64,000 nt of DNA from an uncultured Alphaproteobacteria bacterium (GCA_944391705.1 CALXUN010000003.1:26208-90207), one strand, 5' to 3'. Shown: positions 18,847-29,312, numbered from the stretch's first letter. Made by a program: numbers and translations. Notes: generated by a model not told the origin, from the sequence alone.

Positions 18847-20061
18847 ATGAAAGAAATCACCGGAAAATATAATACAGCAAAAATTTTTGCCCAAACCATT
18901 GATGACAGCGCGGCAGAACAGATAAAAACCTTATGCGATCAACTGTTTGTCAAAGGGCAGAAAATACGCATCATGCCGGATGTCCATGCCGGCGCGGGCT
19001 GCACCATCGGCACCACAATGACCATCAGTGATAAAATCGTGCCAAATCTGGTCGGCGTAGACATCGGATGCGGCATGGCCGTATATGTCCTGGAAAACCA
19101 AAAGGTTGATTTTGAAAAGCTGGATACGTTTATCCGCCGGGAAATCCCTTCCGGCATGAATATTCGGGCTTACCCGCATAAATTTACCGAAAAAATAAAT
19201 CTGGAAGAACTAAAATGCCGCGAACACATAAATCTGGAACGTGCCATACACAGTCTGGGAACTTTGGGCGGCGGCAATCACTTTATTGAAGTCGATAAAG
19301 ATGACGACGGTTTTCTTCATCTTGTTTTGCACTCCGGCAGCCGTTATCTTGGCAAACAGGTTGCCGAACATTATCAGACGGCAGCGGCAAAAGCACTGAC
19401 AGCCAAAACCGCCGAAAAAATTCCGGCTTTGATTAAACAGCTTAAAGATGAAGGACGGGCATCAGAAATTAAAGCTCAGACAAAGACTTTGAAACATCTG
19501 CTCGGCGGTGATGTTCCCAAATCTTTGGCCTTTGTGGAAGGAGAACTTTTTGATGACTATTTACATGACATGAAACTTGTGCAGCAATATGCTGTCTATA
19601 ACCGCAAAGCCATGGCCGAAGACATCATCAGTGCCTTAAATTTGACGGTAAAAGAACATTTTACCACCATTCATAATTATATTGACACCGAAGCGATGAT
19701 TTTGCGTAAAGGTGCTGTTTCGGCCCGGGCCGGCGAAAAAATTTTAATCCCTGTCAATATGCGCGACGGCAGTCTGATTTGCGTAGGCAAAGGCAATCCG
19801 GACTGGAATTTTTCGGCCCCGCACGGCGCCGGCCGGTTGTTTAGCCGGAGCCAGGCCAGAAAAGCTTTCAATCTGACTGATTTTGCCCGGACTATGAACG
19901 GCATTTATACAACATCAATCAATGAAGATACTTTAGACGAATGTCCCATGGCCTATAAAAATATGGACGAGATTGTTGCCTGTATCGAACCGACGGCAGA
20001 TATTATAAAAATCATCAAACCGGTATATAATTTCAAGGCCGGTGAAACAGCCCGACAATAA
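18847..20061 (+). CDS. rtcB: RNA-splicing ligase RtcB
   Basis: RIMPDVHAGAGCTIGTTM, GGGNHFIEV, and the overall length of 404 aa. Confidence 0.85.
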   Translation: MKEITGKYNTAKIFAQTIDDSAAEQIKTLCDQLFVKGQKIRIMPDVHAGAGCTIGTTMTISDKIVPNLVGVDIGCGMAVYVLENQKVDFEKLDTFIRREIPSGMNIRAYPHKFTEKINLEELKCREHINLERAIHSLGTLGGGNHFIEVDKDDDGFLHLVLHSGSRYLGKQVAEHYQTAAAKALTAKTAEKIPALIKQLKDEGRASEIKAQTKTLKHLLGGDVPKSLAFVEGELFDDYLHDMKLVQQYAVYNRKAMAEDIISALNLTVKEHFTTIHNYIDTEAMILRKGAVSARAGEKILIPVNMRDGSLICVGKGNPDWNFSAPHGAGRLFSRSQARKAFNLTDFARTMNGIYTTSINEDTLDECPMAYKNMDEIVACIEPTADIIKIIKPVYNFKAGETARQ

Positions 20062-20084
20062 AAAAATCCGACGGAGAATAAAAA

Positions 20085-20867
20085 ATGAAAAAAGAAATTA
20101 TCAAGCTTTTAGAGCAGCTGGAAACAGAACATAATATCAAAATCTTATTTGCCGTTGAAAACGGCAGCCGGGCATGGGACATGGAAAGTAAAGACAGCGA
20201 TTATGACGTGCGCTTTGTGTTTTACCGCACATTACCGGAATATATAACCCTTACGCCAAAGCCGGAAGTAATTAACGCCGCATATGATAAAGACTTAAAC
20301 CCCTCACCGGTACAGGGATCGCTTATGGATATGTCGGGCTTTGATATTTTTAAATACTTAAAACTTCTGAAATCTTCCAATCCGACGGTTTTGGAATGGT
20401 TAAATTCGCCGATTGTGTATCTTGGCAGCACGGATATTTCCTTAAAACCGTATATGGCAGAAAATTTCAGTCAGGAAAAGTTGTTTTACCATTATTTTTC
20501 GTTATTTAAAAGCAGTTATAAAACGATGCTTTCCGACGAACAAAAAATGACTTACAAAAAATATTTGTATGCCATGCGCGGTCTGTTAAATGCACAATAT
20601 GTTTATTGGTATGATGAGCTGCCGCCCTTACGGCTTTCGGAAACATTAAAAAAACTTGAAAACAAAATTCCAGCTGAGGTTTCTTCTATGTTGCACCAAG
20701 TCATTAAGTTGAAAACCTGCGGACAGGAAAAAGAAAAAATCCCAAACATCACCGTCTTTGACAACTACTTCACGCACGCTCTGCAACAGGTTTATGACAA
20801 TTTTCATAAAAGACAGGCAGACATTAAAGTTTTTGATGCCTTTCTCCATAAATTGCTGCTGCCGTAA
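20085..20867 (+). CDS. pol-beta-superfamily nucleotidyltransferase, adjacent to rtcB
   Basis: GSRAWDMESKDSDYDVRFV fits the G[GS]x9-13Dx[DE] NTase motif. Confidence 0.7.
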   Translation: MKKEIIKLLEQLETEHNIKILFAVENGSRAWDMESKDSDYDVRFVFYRTLPEYITLTPKPEVINAAYDKDLNPSPVQGSLMDMSGFDIFKYLKLLKSSNPTVLEWLNSPIVYLGSTDISLKPYMAENFSQEKLFYHYFSLFKSSYKTMLSDEQKMTYKKYLYAMRGLLNAQYVYWYDELPPLRLSETLKKLENKIPAEVSSMLHQVIKLKTCGQEKEKIPNITVFDNYFTHALQQVYDNFHKRQADIKVFDAFLHKLLLP

Positions 20868-20871
20868 AAAT

Positions 20872-20908
20872 AAAATCCGGAAGTTTTTAATTTCCGGATT
20901 TTGTTTTT
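20872..20908 (+). terminator. rho-independent terminator
   Basis: aaatccggaa-gtttttaa-ttccggattt stem, then TTGTTTTT. Confidence 0.7.
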
Positions 20909-20923
20909 AGTCAACCATTTTAA

Positions 20924-21457
20924 TTTTCAAATAAGCTTCCTTTTGCTGCGCAAACGGCACGTCAAAAAAATGCTTATTCCAATGTTATTTACCGGCAAAC
21001 AGCCATTGAAGATTATGAATTTCCCGAAAACGCTTTTGACATTGTCATTAGTTCACTGGCTTTTCACTATATTGAAGATTTTTCCGGCCTGTATCAGAAA
21101 ATATACCGCTGTCTGGTTAAAGGCGGCAACTTTGTTTTTTCCGTTGAACATCCTGTTTTTACGGCAGAAGGGAAACAAGACTGGTGGTATAATGCGGCCG
21201 ACGGCACCAAACAACACTGGCCGATTGATAATTATTTCACGGAAGGAAAGCGCCAAACCGTTTTTCTGGGTGAAAATGTCATTAAATATCATCATACTTT
21301 AACGACCTATTTAACCAACCTGTTGCAAACGGGATTTATCCTTACGGATATCATTGAGCCGACACCGACAAAAGAAATGCTGCAAAAAATGCCGCAAATG
21401 GCAGAAGAATTGCGCCGACCGATGATGCTGTTGATTGCGGCAAAAAAAGCGCCATAA
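20924..21457 (+). pseudogene. 5'-truncated class I SAM-dependent methyltransferase remnant
   Basis: Frame 2 reads ...AFDIVISSLAFHYIEDFSGLYQKIYRCLVKGGNFVFSVEHP... (post-motif-I region of a type-11 MTase) through to a TAA at 21455-21457. There is no start codon or GxGxG motif, and stops lie upstream in frame. The listed ORF 20901-21302 is in a different frame. Confidence 0.6.
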
Positions 21458-21459
21458 AA

Positions 21460-21490
21460 GAAAAAGGTTGTTTAAAAAACAACCTTTTTC
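21460..21490. terminator. bidirectional terminator hairpin
   Basis: aaaaaggttgttt-aaaa-aacaacctttttc. Confidence 0.6.
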
Positions 21491-21505
21491 TTTAACGCAT
21501 CACCC

Positions 21506-21847
21506 TTAAAGCAATTTCTTTTCAGATTTCGGCTTTAAATCCAAATCTTTTGCCAGCTGAACATACTGTTCATAGCTGATTTCACGAATGCGACAAAGAT
21601 CTTCTGCCATTTTAAGCGCTTGTTTGCGCATCCGCTTGGATGAATGGCGGGTTATGAGATTAACATCATCACCGGCCTGAAAATTTTTCAAGATCTGAAC
21701 ACCCTCCTGTCCGGGTTTATCCGAAACCACTGCAACAGCTGCCACTTTAACCTTGTCATTATCAGGGATATCTGCCTTAACGGCTGCGTTCGCCCTGATG
21801 CCAAACGCCAACACTGTGCACAACAGCGCCAAAACAAAACTTTTCAT
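21506..21847 (-). CDS. small secreted protein
   Basis: Start moved to MKSFVLALLCTVLAFGIRANA (signal peptide). Confidence 0.5.
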   Translation of the reverse strand: MKSFVLALLCTVLAFGIRANAAVKADIPDNDKVKVAAVAVVSDKPGQEGVQILKNFQAGDDVNLITRHSSKRMRKQALKMAEDLCRIREISYEQYVQLAKDLDLKPKSEKKLL

Positions 21848-21982
21848 AATAAAAATAATTTTAAATCCGACAAAACGATACAAGAGAAAACATTTTTTGT
21901 CAACACGTGTTACACACAATCATACTTTTTTCATTTTACTTTTTTGGTTCCGCCCATAAGATAAAGCATTATACTCACTAAC

Positions 21983-23605
21983 TTGAAAGGAAAGAAGATG
22001 CATATTGTCATTGTCGGCGGCGGTGCCGGGGGTTTAAGCTGCGCCGCCAGATTAAGAAGGCTTGATAATTCGGCGCGGATTACCGTCTTGGAAAAAACCA
22101 ACGAAGTATCGGTTGCAAGCTGCGGCCTGCCGTATTATATCAGCGGCATTATTGCCGACCGCGCAAATATGCAGGTTGCCTCGGCCGCAATGTTAAAAAA
22201 AGTCTTTGATATTGACGTGCGGCTGTGTTGCAGCGTTAAAAACATTGACCCGCAAAATAAAATCGTCATTTTGCAAGACAACGCCGAACTTTCCTATGAC
22301 AAACTCGTCTTGGCACCCGGTGCCAAAGCCTTCATGCCGGATATTCCGGGCATTGACAAACCGCATTGCTTTACGGTTAAAAGCTTAAACGATGCCGATA
22401 ACATCAAATCATACATTGCTCATCATACTATCCGCTCTGCCGTTGTTGTCGGCGGCGGATTTATCGGCATAGAAACGGCCGAAAACCTGTATGAAACGGG
22501 TATCAAAACATTTTTGGCCGAAGCCGCACCGCAAATACTGCCGCCGCTGGATGATGACATGGTTTGCCAGCTGCACAGCCGCTTGCGTCAAAAAGGAATT
22601 GAGCTGCACTTACAAGACGGTTTAAAAGAAATTACCGATTCTGAAGTCAAATTAAATTCCGGCAAATCTCTCCCGGCTGATCTTGTCATTTTAGCTTTGG
22701 GCATACGACCGGACACCTCGTTTTTAGCCCAAAGCGGTATTGAGCTAACCGAAAAAGGACTGATTAAAACCGATAAATATATGCAAACCAACATTCCGGA
22801 CATCTACGCCTGCGGCGACAGTGTTGCTATCAAAGATTTTGTTTCCGGAAAACATGCCATGATAGCACTTGCCGGTCCCGCCAATCGCCAGGGCCGCCTG
22901 ATTGCCGACCACATTGCCGGCCGGGCATACCCCTACAACGCCTCACAAGGCACCGGTATTGTCAAAGTTTTTGATTTAACCGCCGCATTTACCGGCAATA
23001 ATGAAAAACAATTAAAAGCAAACAATATTCCTTATGAAAAAATGCTGGTCTGGAGTTCTTCCCATGCCGGTTATTATCCGAACGCCACGTCGCTTGCCCT
23101 TAAGGTTTTATATGACAAAGATGCAAAAATATTAGGTGCGCAGGCCGTAGGTTATGAAAATATTGATAAAATAATTGATGTTATCGCCACTGTCCAGCGC
23201 TTAGGCGGAACGGCGGCTGATTTGCGCGATGCCGAACTGTGCTACGCCCCGCCTTACTCTTCTGCCAAAAGTCCGGTTAATATTATCGGTATGGCTATTG
23301 AAAATGTCCGTCAAAAACTGGTTAACCCGTATTTTGGCACTGATTTTTCCGATATGTTCGTTTTAGACGTCCGCCCGGCCAAAAATTATGAAGCTGAGCA
23401 TATTCCCGGCGCGGTTAACATTCCGGCCGCCCAAATCCGGGAACGTTTAGACGAACTGCCAAAAGATAAACCGGTTTTGGTACATTGCTTTAAAGGTTAC
23501 ACCAGTTACATTATCTGCCGGATTTTAATGGCAAACGGTTTTAATAACGTCTTCAGTTATGCCGGCGGCTGGCAGCAGTACAAAGCCGAATTTGAGGATA
23601 AGTAA
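21983..23605 (+). CDS. CoA-disulfide reductase / NADH oxidase-family flavoprotein with C-terminal rhodanese domain
   Basis: HIVIVGGGAGG (FAD), VASCGLPY (redox Cys), and a C-terminal rhodanese with VLVHCFKGYTS. Confidence 0.8.
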   Translation: MKGKKMHIVIVGGGAGGLSCAARLRRLDNSARITVLEKTNEVSVASCGLPYYISGIIADRANMQVASAAMLKKVFDIDVRLCCSVKNIDPQNKIVILQDNAELSYDKLVLAPGAKAFMPDIPGIDKPHCFTVKSLNDADNIKSYIAHHTIRSAVVVGGGFIGIETAENLYETGIKTFLAEAAPQILPPLDDDMVCQLHSRLRQKGIELHLQDGLKEITDSEVKLNSGKSLPADLVILALGIRPDTSFLAQSGIELTEKGLIKTDKYMQTNIPDIYACGDSVAIKDFVSGKHAMIALAGPANRQGRLIADHIAGRAYPYNASQGTGIVKVFDLTAAFTGNNEKQLKANNIPYEKMLVWSSSHAGYYPNATSLALKVLYDKDAKILGAQAVGYENIDKIIDVIATVQRLGGTAADLRDAELCYAPPYSSAKSPVNIIGMAIENVRQKLVNPYFGTDFSDMFVLDVRPAKNYEAEHIPGAVNIPAAQIRERLDELPKDKPVLVHCFKGYTSYIICRILMANGFNNVFSYAGGWQQYKAEFEDK

Positions 23606-23641
23606 CCCGATTCCTGCAAACGGATTTTATAAGAAAACAAT

Positions 23642-23672
23642 AAAACCCAGGCTTCCCGGGTTTTATTTTTTT
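23642..23672 (+). terminator. rho-independent terminator
   Basis: aaaaccc-aggcttccc-gggtttt followed by a T-run. Confidence 0.55.
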
Positions 23673-23732
23673 AACCTGTTTATCTTGAATTTAACCGGAC
23701 AAAGCATATAAACAACCCTCAAAGGGAGTTTC

Positions 23733-24878
23733 ATGAATAAAAGTCTGTTTGCATTATCTTTGGGAACATTGGGGCTCGGCATGTCTGAATTCGGCATGAT
23801 GAGCATTTTGACACCGGCGGCACAAAGTTTAGGAGTTTCTATTCCCGTTGCCGGTCATCTGATTTCAGCTTACGCTCTGGGTGTCTCGGCCGGTGCTTTG
23901 CTTTTGGCATTAATAATGCACGGAAAAGCTCTTAAAAAAATGCTTCTTTATTTAATTTTACTGGCTACCGCCGGTAACCTTGGCGCCGTCTTTGCATCCG
24001 ATTATTCTTTAATGCTGCTGGCTCGTTTTATTTCCGGGTTCCCGCACGGCGCTTATTTCGGCATTAGTGGTATTATCGCCAAAAAAATTGCTCCGTCCGG
24101 TAAAGAAACTGAAGCCGTCAGCATTATGATTGCCGGCATGACCGTTGCCAATCTGATAGGTATTCCGGCCGGAACGTATATTGCCCATGTGTTATCCTGG
24201 CATTATTTGTTTTTAATTGTCGTTGTATGCTTTATTTTAACCTTTTTTGCCGTCGGGAAATGGGTTCCCGTGACAGCTCCTCTGCCCGATAAAGGATTTA
24301 AAAGCCAATTCCGGTTTTTAAAAACCGCCGGACCATGGATTTTATTTTTTGCCATTATCTTAGGCAACAGCGGCGTTTTTGCCTGGTATAGTTATATCAA
24401 CCCATTCATGCTCAACATTGCCGGATTTTCTTCCTCTTCCATGGCTATTTTGATGACTGTGGCCGGTTTGGGCATGGTCATCGGCAACCTTTTGGGCGGC
24501 CGGTACGCCGACAAATTTTCCCCGCTTGCGGTTACCATGGTTTTGCAGCTTGGCATTGCCGTTGTTCTCGGTCTGGTCTTTTTTGCCGGCAATCATTCAT
24601 ATTTTGCCGTTTTCCTGATGTTTTTATGTACCGCCGGCTTATTCGGTATGTCCGGCCCGCAACAGGTTTTGATGATTAATCATGCCAAAGGCGGAGAAAT
24701 CCTCGGAGCTTCCGGCGCTCAAATCGGCTTTAATTTGGGAAACGCCCTGGGTGCGGCAGTCGGCGGATTGCCGCTTTTGGTACATTACGACTATGAATAT
24801 ACGGCACTTCCGGGCATTGTTCTGGCTTTTTGTGGTTTTCTTTTGTTGCTTTTATTTCACCACAAATATGCAAAATAA
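23733..24878 (+). CDS. MFS transporter
   Basis: 12 predicted TM helices with MFS-like loops. Confidence 0.7.
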   Translation: MNKSLFALSLGTLGLGMSEFGMMSILTPAAQSLGVSIPVAGHLISAYALGVSAGALLLALIMHGKALKKMLLYLILLATAGNLGAVFASDYSLMLLARFISGFPHGAYFGISGIIAKKIAPSGKETEAVSIMIAGMTVANLIGIPAGTYIAHVLSWHYLFLIVVVCFILTFFAVGKWVPVTAPLPDKGFKSQFRFLKTAGPWILFFAIILGNSGVFAWYSYINPFMLNIAGFSSSSMAILMTVAGLGMVIGNLLGGRYADKFSPLAVTMVLQLGIAVVLGLVFFAGNHSYFAVFLMFLCTAGLFGMSGPQQVLMINHAKGGEILGASGAQIGFNLGNALGAAVGGLPLLVHYDYEYTALPGIVLAFCGFLLLLLFHHKYAK

Positions 24879-24924
24879 AAGCTCCGTTTTTTAGCAGAGC
24901 TTTTTATCTTAGAATTTTTATCAG

Positions 24925-25596
24925 TTATTGCAATTCAAACTGATCTTTACCGACGCCGCACAGCGGGCAAACCCAGTCTTCCGGCAAATCTTCAAACGGG
25001 ACATCGCCCTCATAAACATAACCGCAGACAATGCAGGTCCATTTTTTTTCTTCCATTGTTTTTTCTCCTTTCTGATTAACTTGATTGGTTTTATTTTGTT
25101 CCTGATATTTTTTAAATGCTTCCATAACCTTGTTTTTAAATCCGTCGCGATACATTTTATAAGTCAGGGGTTCGCCGCTGCGGCAGTCACAGGCATCCAC
25201 AACTTTGGCAAAAAACACCGTATTGCTCGGATACTCGAGGCTTTCCGTTACCTGGCAGCGGATTTTGGATAACGCCTGCCGCACATACATCATACCGTCA
25301 AGTTCCATACCGTCGATTGCCGCCCATTTATTTACCGTACGGCTGCTCTGAAAACCAAAAATCCCGACCGTCAGCGGATCAATATCTTGGGGCAGAACGC
25401 TCAAAGCAAACTCACCGGTTTGTTCCACCACTTCTTTGGTATAACTGCTATTCATACATGAAATCATAACAAAATCCGGATTTGCGGCCACCTGACATAC
25501 GGCATCAATCAAAGATCCGGCAAAATATCCGTCTTCACGTCTGGCCGACAATACATATAATCCGTTCGAAATCGTAAATAAAGCTTCCGGCTGCAT
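24925..25596 (-). CDS. high-molecular-weight rubredoxin (flavin-reductase-like domain plus C-terminal rubredoxin)
   Basis: C-terminal [13 protein letters not shown]...[14 protein letters not shown]. Confidence 0.8.
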   Translation of the reverse strand: MQPEALFTISNGLYVLSARREDGYFAGSLIDAVCQVAANPDFVMISCMNSSYTKEVVEQTGEFALSVLPQDIDPLTVGIFGFQSSRTVNKWAAIDGMELDGMMYVRQALSKIRCQVTESLEYPSNTVFFAKVVDACDCRSGEPLTYKMYRDGFKNKVMEAFKKYQEQNKTNQVNQKGEKTMEEKKWTCIVCGYVYEGDVPFEDLPEDWVCPLCGVGKDQFELQ

Positions 25597-25755
25597 CAGC
25601 TTTCTCCTGTCAAAAACAATATAAAAATCATAATTCCTTTAAATGGCAATGTAAACCCCAAATTGCTACTTTTAGAAACGAAAAAATTTTTCTTGACTTA
25701 ATAATAAAAAAAGATACTATATAGGGTATAGGGGTATACACTATAAGGAAAGACT

Positions 25756-26034
25756 ATGACTTTTTGTTGCCATAATGATGAAAAGAAAAAGCTTGAAATC
25801 CGCTTAAACCGCATTGAAGGACAGGTTCGCGGCATCAACAAAATGATTACCGAAAACCGTGATTGCATGGAAATCTTAAATCAGATTATATCCTGTCAAT
25901 CGGCCTTAAAAGGCGTATGGAAAGAAGTGGTACGCGGGCATTTACAAAACTGCATCACCGACGCCTTAAAAACCGGCAAAAACAGTGAAGCCCTCATAAA
26001 TGAACTTGTTGAACATCTGGAAAAAATGAAATAG
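25756..26034 (+). CDS. CsoR/RcnR/FrmR-family metal-sensing repressor
   Basis: LNRIEGQVRGINKMI...C.EILNQI...C motif pattern. 92 aa. Confidence 0.75.
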   Translation: MTFCCHNDEKKKLEIRLNRIEGQVRGINKMITENRDCMEILNQIISCQSALKGVWKEVVRGHLQNCITDALKTGKNSEALINELVEHLEKMK

Positions 26035-26044
26035 GACAGCCAAA

Positions 26045-26713
26045 ATGGATAATGAAGTATTAAAAAGCAAAACCCTTTTAGTTATTATTGTCACACTTTT
26101 GACCATGGCAGCCGAAATCGGTTTCGGCATTTATACAAAATCCATGGCTTTGACTGCCGACGGTTTTCATATGGGAACACACGCTTTGGCTTTGTTTATC
26201 ACATTTTTGGTCTGTTCGGTTGTTTCCCGGTATAAAGATAAGGAAGATGTCTTAAATGCCCTGGGCGGTTATACCAGCGCATTGTTTTTAGGGCTCACCT
26301 CACTGGGAATACTCTATGAATCGGTTGAACGCTTTATCCACCCTAAGACCATTTCCTTCAATGAAGCAATTTTGGTAACCGTCATCGGCCTTATTGTCAA
26401 CATTATCTGCGTCCTGATTATGTCAGACAAACACGCACATATACATGGTAAAACCTGCCATGCCCATAAACATGAACACACACATGGAGATAAAAAAGAA
26501 AACTTAAATTTTAAGGCGGCATATCTGCATATTCTGGCCGACGCCCTTACTTCGGTCATGGCAATTATTGCTTTAACCTGCGGCAAATATTTCGGGTGGG
26601 TGTTCTTAGACCCGTTAATCGGCATTGTCGGCGGTTTAATTATCTTAAAATGGTCGGTTGATTTAATCAAATCATCTTTTAACATACTAATCAGTTCACC
26701 TTCTCATAATTAA
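26045..26713 (+). CDS. cation diffusion facilitator (CDF) transporter, membrane domain only
   Basis: SMALTADGFHMGTHALAL (TM2 signature), His-rich loop HIHGKTCHAHKHEHTHGD, AYLHILADALTSV (TM5). 222 aa, with no C-terminal cytoplasmic domain. Confidence 0.7.
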   Translation: MDNEVLKSKTLLVIIVTLLTMAAEIGFGIYTKSMALTADGFHMGTHALALFITFLVCSVVSRYKDKEDVLNALGGYTSALFLGLTSLGILYESVERFIHPKTISFNEAILVTVIGLIVNIICVLIMSDKHAHIHGKTCHAHKHEHTHGDKKENLNFKAAYLHILADALTSVMAIIALTCGKYFGWVFLDPLIGIVGGLIILKWSVDLIKSSFNILISSPSHN

Positions 26714-26778
26714 ACTTGATTTTTTTTTAACCTTGTCCTTATATTATTGCCATAATGCAAATATAACAGGAGGATGAT

Positions 26779-27318
26779 ATGTGTTCGAAATTATTGTTTA
26801 TTTTTAATTTGCTCTTGCTGGCAGGTTTCCTTTACATGCTGGCGATACAAAATTTTTTCCGCAAACCGGAAGTTTTTTCCGGGCAAGCCTGGACAGCCAA
26901 AAAGTTCGGCAACACATATTATCTGAGCGTTAAAAACCATGCCGAACTGTCATCAGCCATTGCCGATTTTGTAAAAACACTTGACATCACCGCCGGCGAA
27001 ATTACGGGCATTGGCGCCGTTAATACGGCAACACTGCGTTTTTTTAATCCGGAAACGAAACAATATGTAGATAAAACATTTACCGGCCAAATGGAGATTT
27101 CAAATCTGACCGGAAATATATCCACTCAAAATTCCGAAAAGCTCATCCACCTTCATATAACGCTGGGTGATAAAAATTACAACGCGCTGGCCGGACATCT
27201 GCTGGCAGCAAACATAAGCGGCGCCGGCGAATTTGTGGTTAATGTTGTTTCCGGCGGCAAATTGGAAAAAACATTTGATGAAAACGTCGGTCTCAATTTC
27301 TATGATTTCAGCAAATAA
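26779..27318 (+). CDS. PPC/DUF296-domain protein
   Basis: ...EITGIGAV...HLHITLGD... fits the PCC/DUF296 fold pattern. There is an N-terminal TM segment. Confidence 0.5.
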   Translation: MCSKLLFIFNLLLLAGFLYMLAIQNFFRKPEVFSGQAWTAKKFGNTYYLSVKNHAELSSAIADFVKTLDITAGEITGIGAVNTATLRFFNPETKQYVDKTFTGQMEISNLTGNISTQNSEKLIHLHITLGDKNYNALAGHLLAANISGAGEFVVNVVSGGKLEKTFDENVGLNFYDFSK

Positions 27319-27330
27319 GGAAACAGGCAA

Positions 27331-28182
27331 ATGTCCAGCTGTTTGATTTTGGAAGGCGGAGCCAAGCGCGGCATTTATACGGCCGGGGTCTTGGATGTGT
27401 TATTGGAAAACAATATTATAACTGACGGCGTTATCGGCGTTTCGGCCGGGGCCATTCACGGCTGTTCCTATGTTTCCAAACAAATCGGGCGCAGCATCCG
27501 CTATAATTTAAAATATAACGATGACTACCGTTTCATGAGTTTCAAATCATGGTTCAAAACCGGCAACATGGTTGACACGGATTTTGCTTACCGCGAGCTG
27601 CCGGAAAAGCTTGATATTTTTGATTATGAAACCTTCAACCGTTCAAAAACGGCATTTTATGTAACCTGTTCCAATCTTGAAACCGGTAAAGCCGAACACA
27701 TCCGCTGCCCGGAAATGACGGGAAAATATATGGATTGTTTAAGGGCTTCTGCCTCAATGCCGTTTGTTTCTCAAATTGTTATGATTGACGGCAAACCGTA
27801 CCTGGACGGCGGCATTACCGACAGCATTCCGTTAAAAGCGGCATTTAATCTGGGGTTTGATAAAAACATTGTCGTTACAACCCGTCCGGCGGGATACCAA
27901 AAAAAGCCCTTTACCCTGACCTGGCTGGCCAAAATTATTTATAAAAAATTTCCGCTGTTTATTGAAGCGCTTCGCAAACGTCATTTAATGTATAACCAGA
28001 CGTTAGATGAAATCGCCAAACTGGAAAAAGAACATAAAATTTTCGTTATCCGCCCGAGCCGGTATGTTAAAATCAGCCGTATGGAAACCAACCCGGAAAT
28101 CATTAAAGAAATGTACAATCTCGGCCGTGAAGATGCCAAAAACAGCCTTAAAAGCCTGCAAACATTCCTAAGACAAAGCTGA
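27331..28182 (+). CDS. patatin-like phospholipase
   Basis: LEGGAKRG (oxyanion GGxR/K) and GVSAGA (GxSxG), with a downstream DGG. Confidence 0.8.
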   Translation: MSSCLILEGGAKRGIYTAGVLDVLLENNIITDGVIGVSAGAIHGCSYVSKQIGRSIRYNLKYNDDYRFMSFKSWFKTGNMVDTDFAYRELPEKLDIFDYETFNRSKTAFYVTCSNLETGKAEHIRCPEMTGKYMDCLRASASMPFVSQIVMIDGKPYLDGGITDSIPLKAAFNLGFDKNIVVTTRPAGYQKKPFTLTWLAKIIYKKFPLFIEALRKRHLMYNQTLDEIAKLEKEHKIFVIRPSRYVKISRMETNPEIIKEMYNLGREDAKNSLKSLQTFLRQS

Positions 28183-28216
28183 CGACATTTAAAAAACAGC
28201 AGCGGCAATAAGAAGA

Positions 28217-28510
28217 TTAATCTTCAATTTCCGCTTCATAAGCATAAACGATTTTGCTGTCTTCTTCTTTTTCCGTATTACTCAGCTCACAGACCAGCAG
28301 TTTGTCGGCATCGGCAAGACTGTCAAAAATATCTGCCGGCACGGCGTCCAAAACAATTGTTTCATTTTCATTTCGGATCAGCTCTGCCGAATTATTCTCG
28401 ACATCTAAAACAACCTTAGGATTCTCCGGCATGGTATCTCCGGCATATAAAAGCAGCATAACCTCATCTTCATCATTAACAACAAAATCATAAGTAGCCG
28501 TTTTTTCCAT
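28217..28510 (-). CDS. small acidic protein (DUF1292-like)
   Basis: Start moved to MEKTATYDF, which has AAGGAG 7 nt upstream. Confidence 0.5.
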   Translation of the reverse strand: MEKTATYDFVVNDEDEVMLLLYAGDTMPENPKVVLDVENNSAELIRNENETIVLDAVPADIFDSLADADKLLVCELSNTEKEEDSKIVYAYEAEIED

Positions 28511-28649
28511 AGTTTTCTCCTTAAATTCCATTTAAGAACATATTAAAATGAATTTATAAATTTACAAGCATTTCTTTTATCCGGGTATTTATGTTGATAT
28601 TTTTCTAAAAACTACTGTAATTTTTTTAAATTGGTGATATGTAAAACAC

Positions 28650-29312
28650 ATGTCAAAATTTTTAGACAATATAATCAATCTTTTTAAATGGCCGATAGCG
28701 GTTTATATGCTGGTGTCATTGCCGGCTTTATTTTCTTCCATTGATTTTTTTAATTTCGGAAATTTCAAATTTTTAGCCTGCGGTGCCGGATTTTTTATGT
28801 ATTTTATTGCCCGTACCATGGCCGATTCTTCAGTTAAAACTTCCATGCAGATTATTGCTCATGAGCTGACGCATACTTTTTTTGCCCTGCTGACTTTTCA
28901 TAAAATCGAACATATCCGGTTAAATCCTGATGACAGCGGCGGCGAAATGGGTTTCAAAGGCGACGGCAACTGGCTGATTATCATTGCTCCGTACTTTTTT
29001 CCCCTGTTTGGTTTATGTTATATGCTGATTATGACTTTTTTCCCGAACAATCTTGTTTTTAACGGTATTTTAGGCTATTTTCTCGGATATCATACAGATA
29101 CCGTCGGCTCACAAATTCATGATAAACAAACGGATTTGCCTAAAGTAACTTACAAATTCTGCTGGATGTTCCTACCCGGTGCCAATTTATGGATTATCGG
29201 CAGTTTTCTGGCTTTCAACAGCCGCGGCTGGGAAGGCGTCGCCATTTATTTTGATTTAATCAACCGGCTTAACCTGCAAAATTTCCAATATGTCTGGAAT
29301 CTCGTTTTTTAA
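28650..29312 (+). CDS. membrane protein with HExxH (HELTHTF), a putative membrane metalloprotease-like protein
   Basis: Multiple TM helices with an HExxH motif in a hydrophobic context. Confidence 0.5.
   Translation: MSKFLDNIINLFKWPIAVYMLVSLPALFSSIDFFNFGNFKFLACGAGFFMYFIARTMADSSVKTSMQIIAHELTHTFFALLTFHKIEHIRLNPDDSGGEMGFKGDGNWLIIIAPYFFPLFGLCYMLIMTFFPNNLVFNGILGYFLGYHTDTVGSQIHDKQTDLPKVTYKFCWMFLPGANLWIIGSFLAFNSRGWEGVAIYFDLINRLNLQNFQYVWNLVF

Noticed and set aside
18642-18899. 85-aa minus-strand ORF
   Set aside because: The plus strand in this interval encodes a recognisable AraC-type HTH remnant ending at 18830, so the antisense ORF is a by-product.
20901-21302. 133-aa ORF MFLVNHFNFQ…
   Set aside because: It is in the wrong frame. 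The neighbouring frame encodes a clear SAM-methyltransferase C-terminal region through 21457, so this is annotated as a truncated pseudogene instead.
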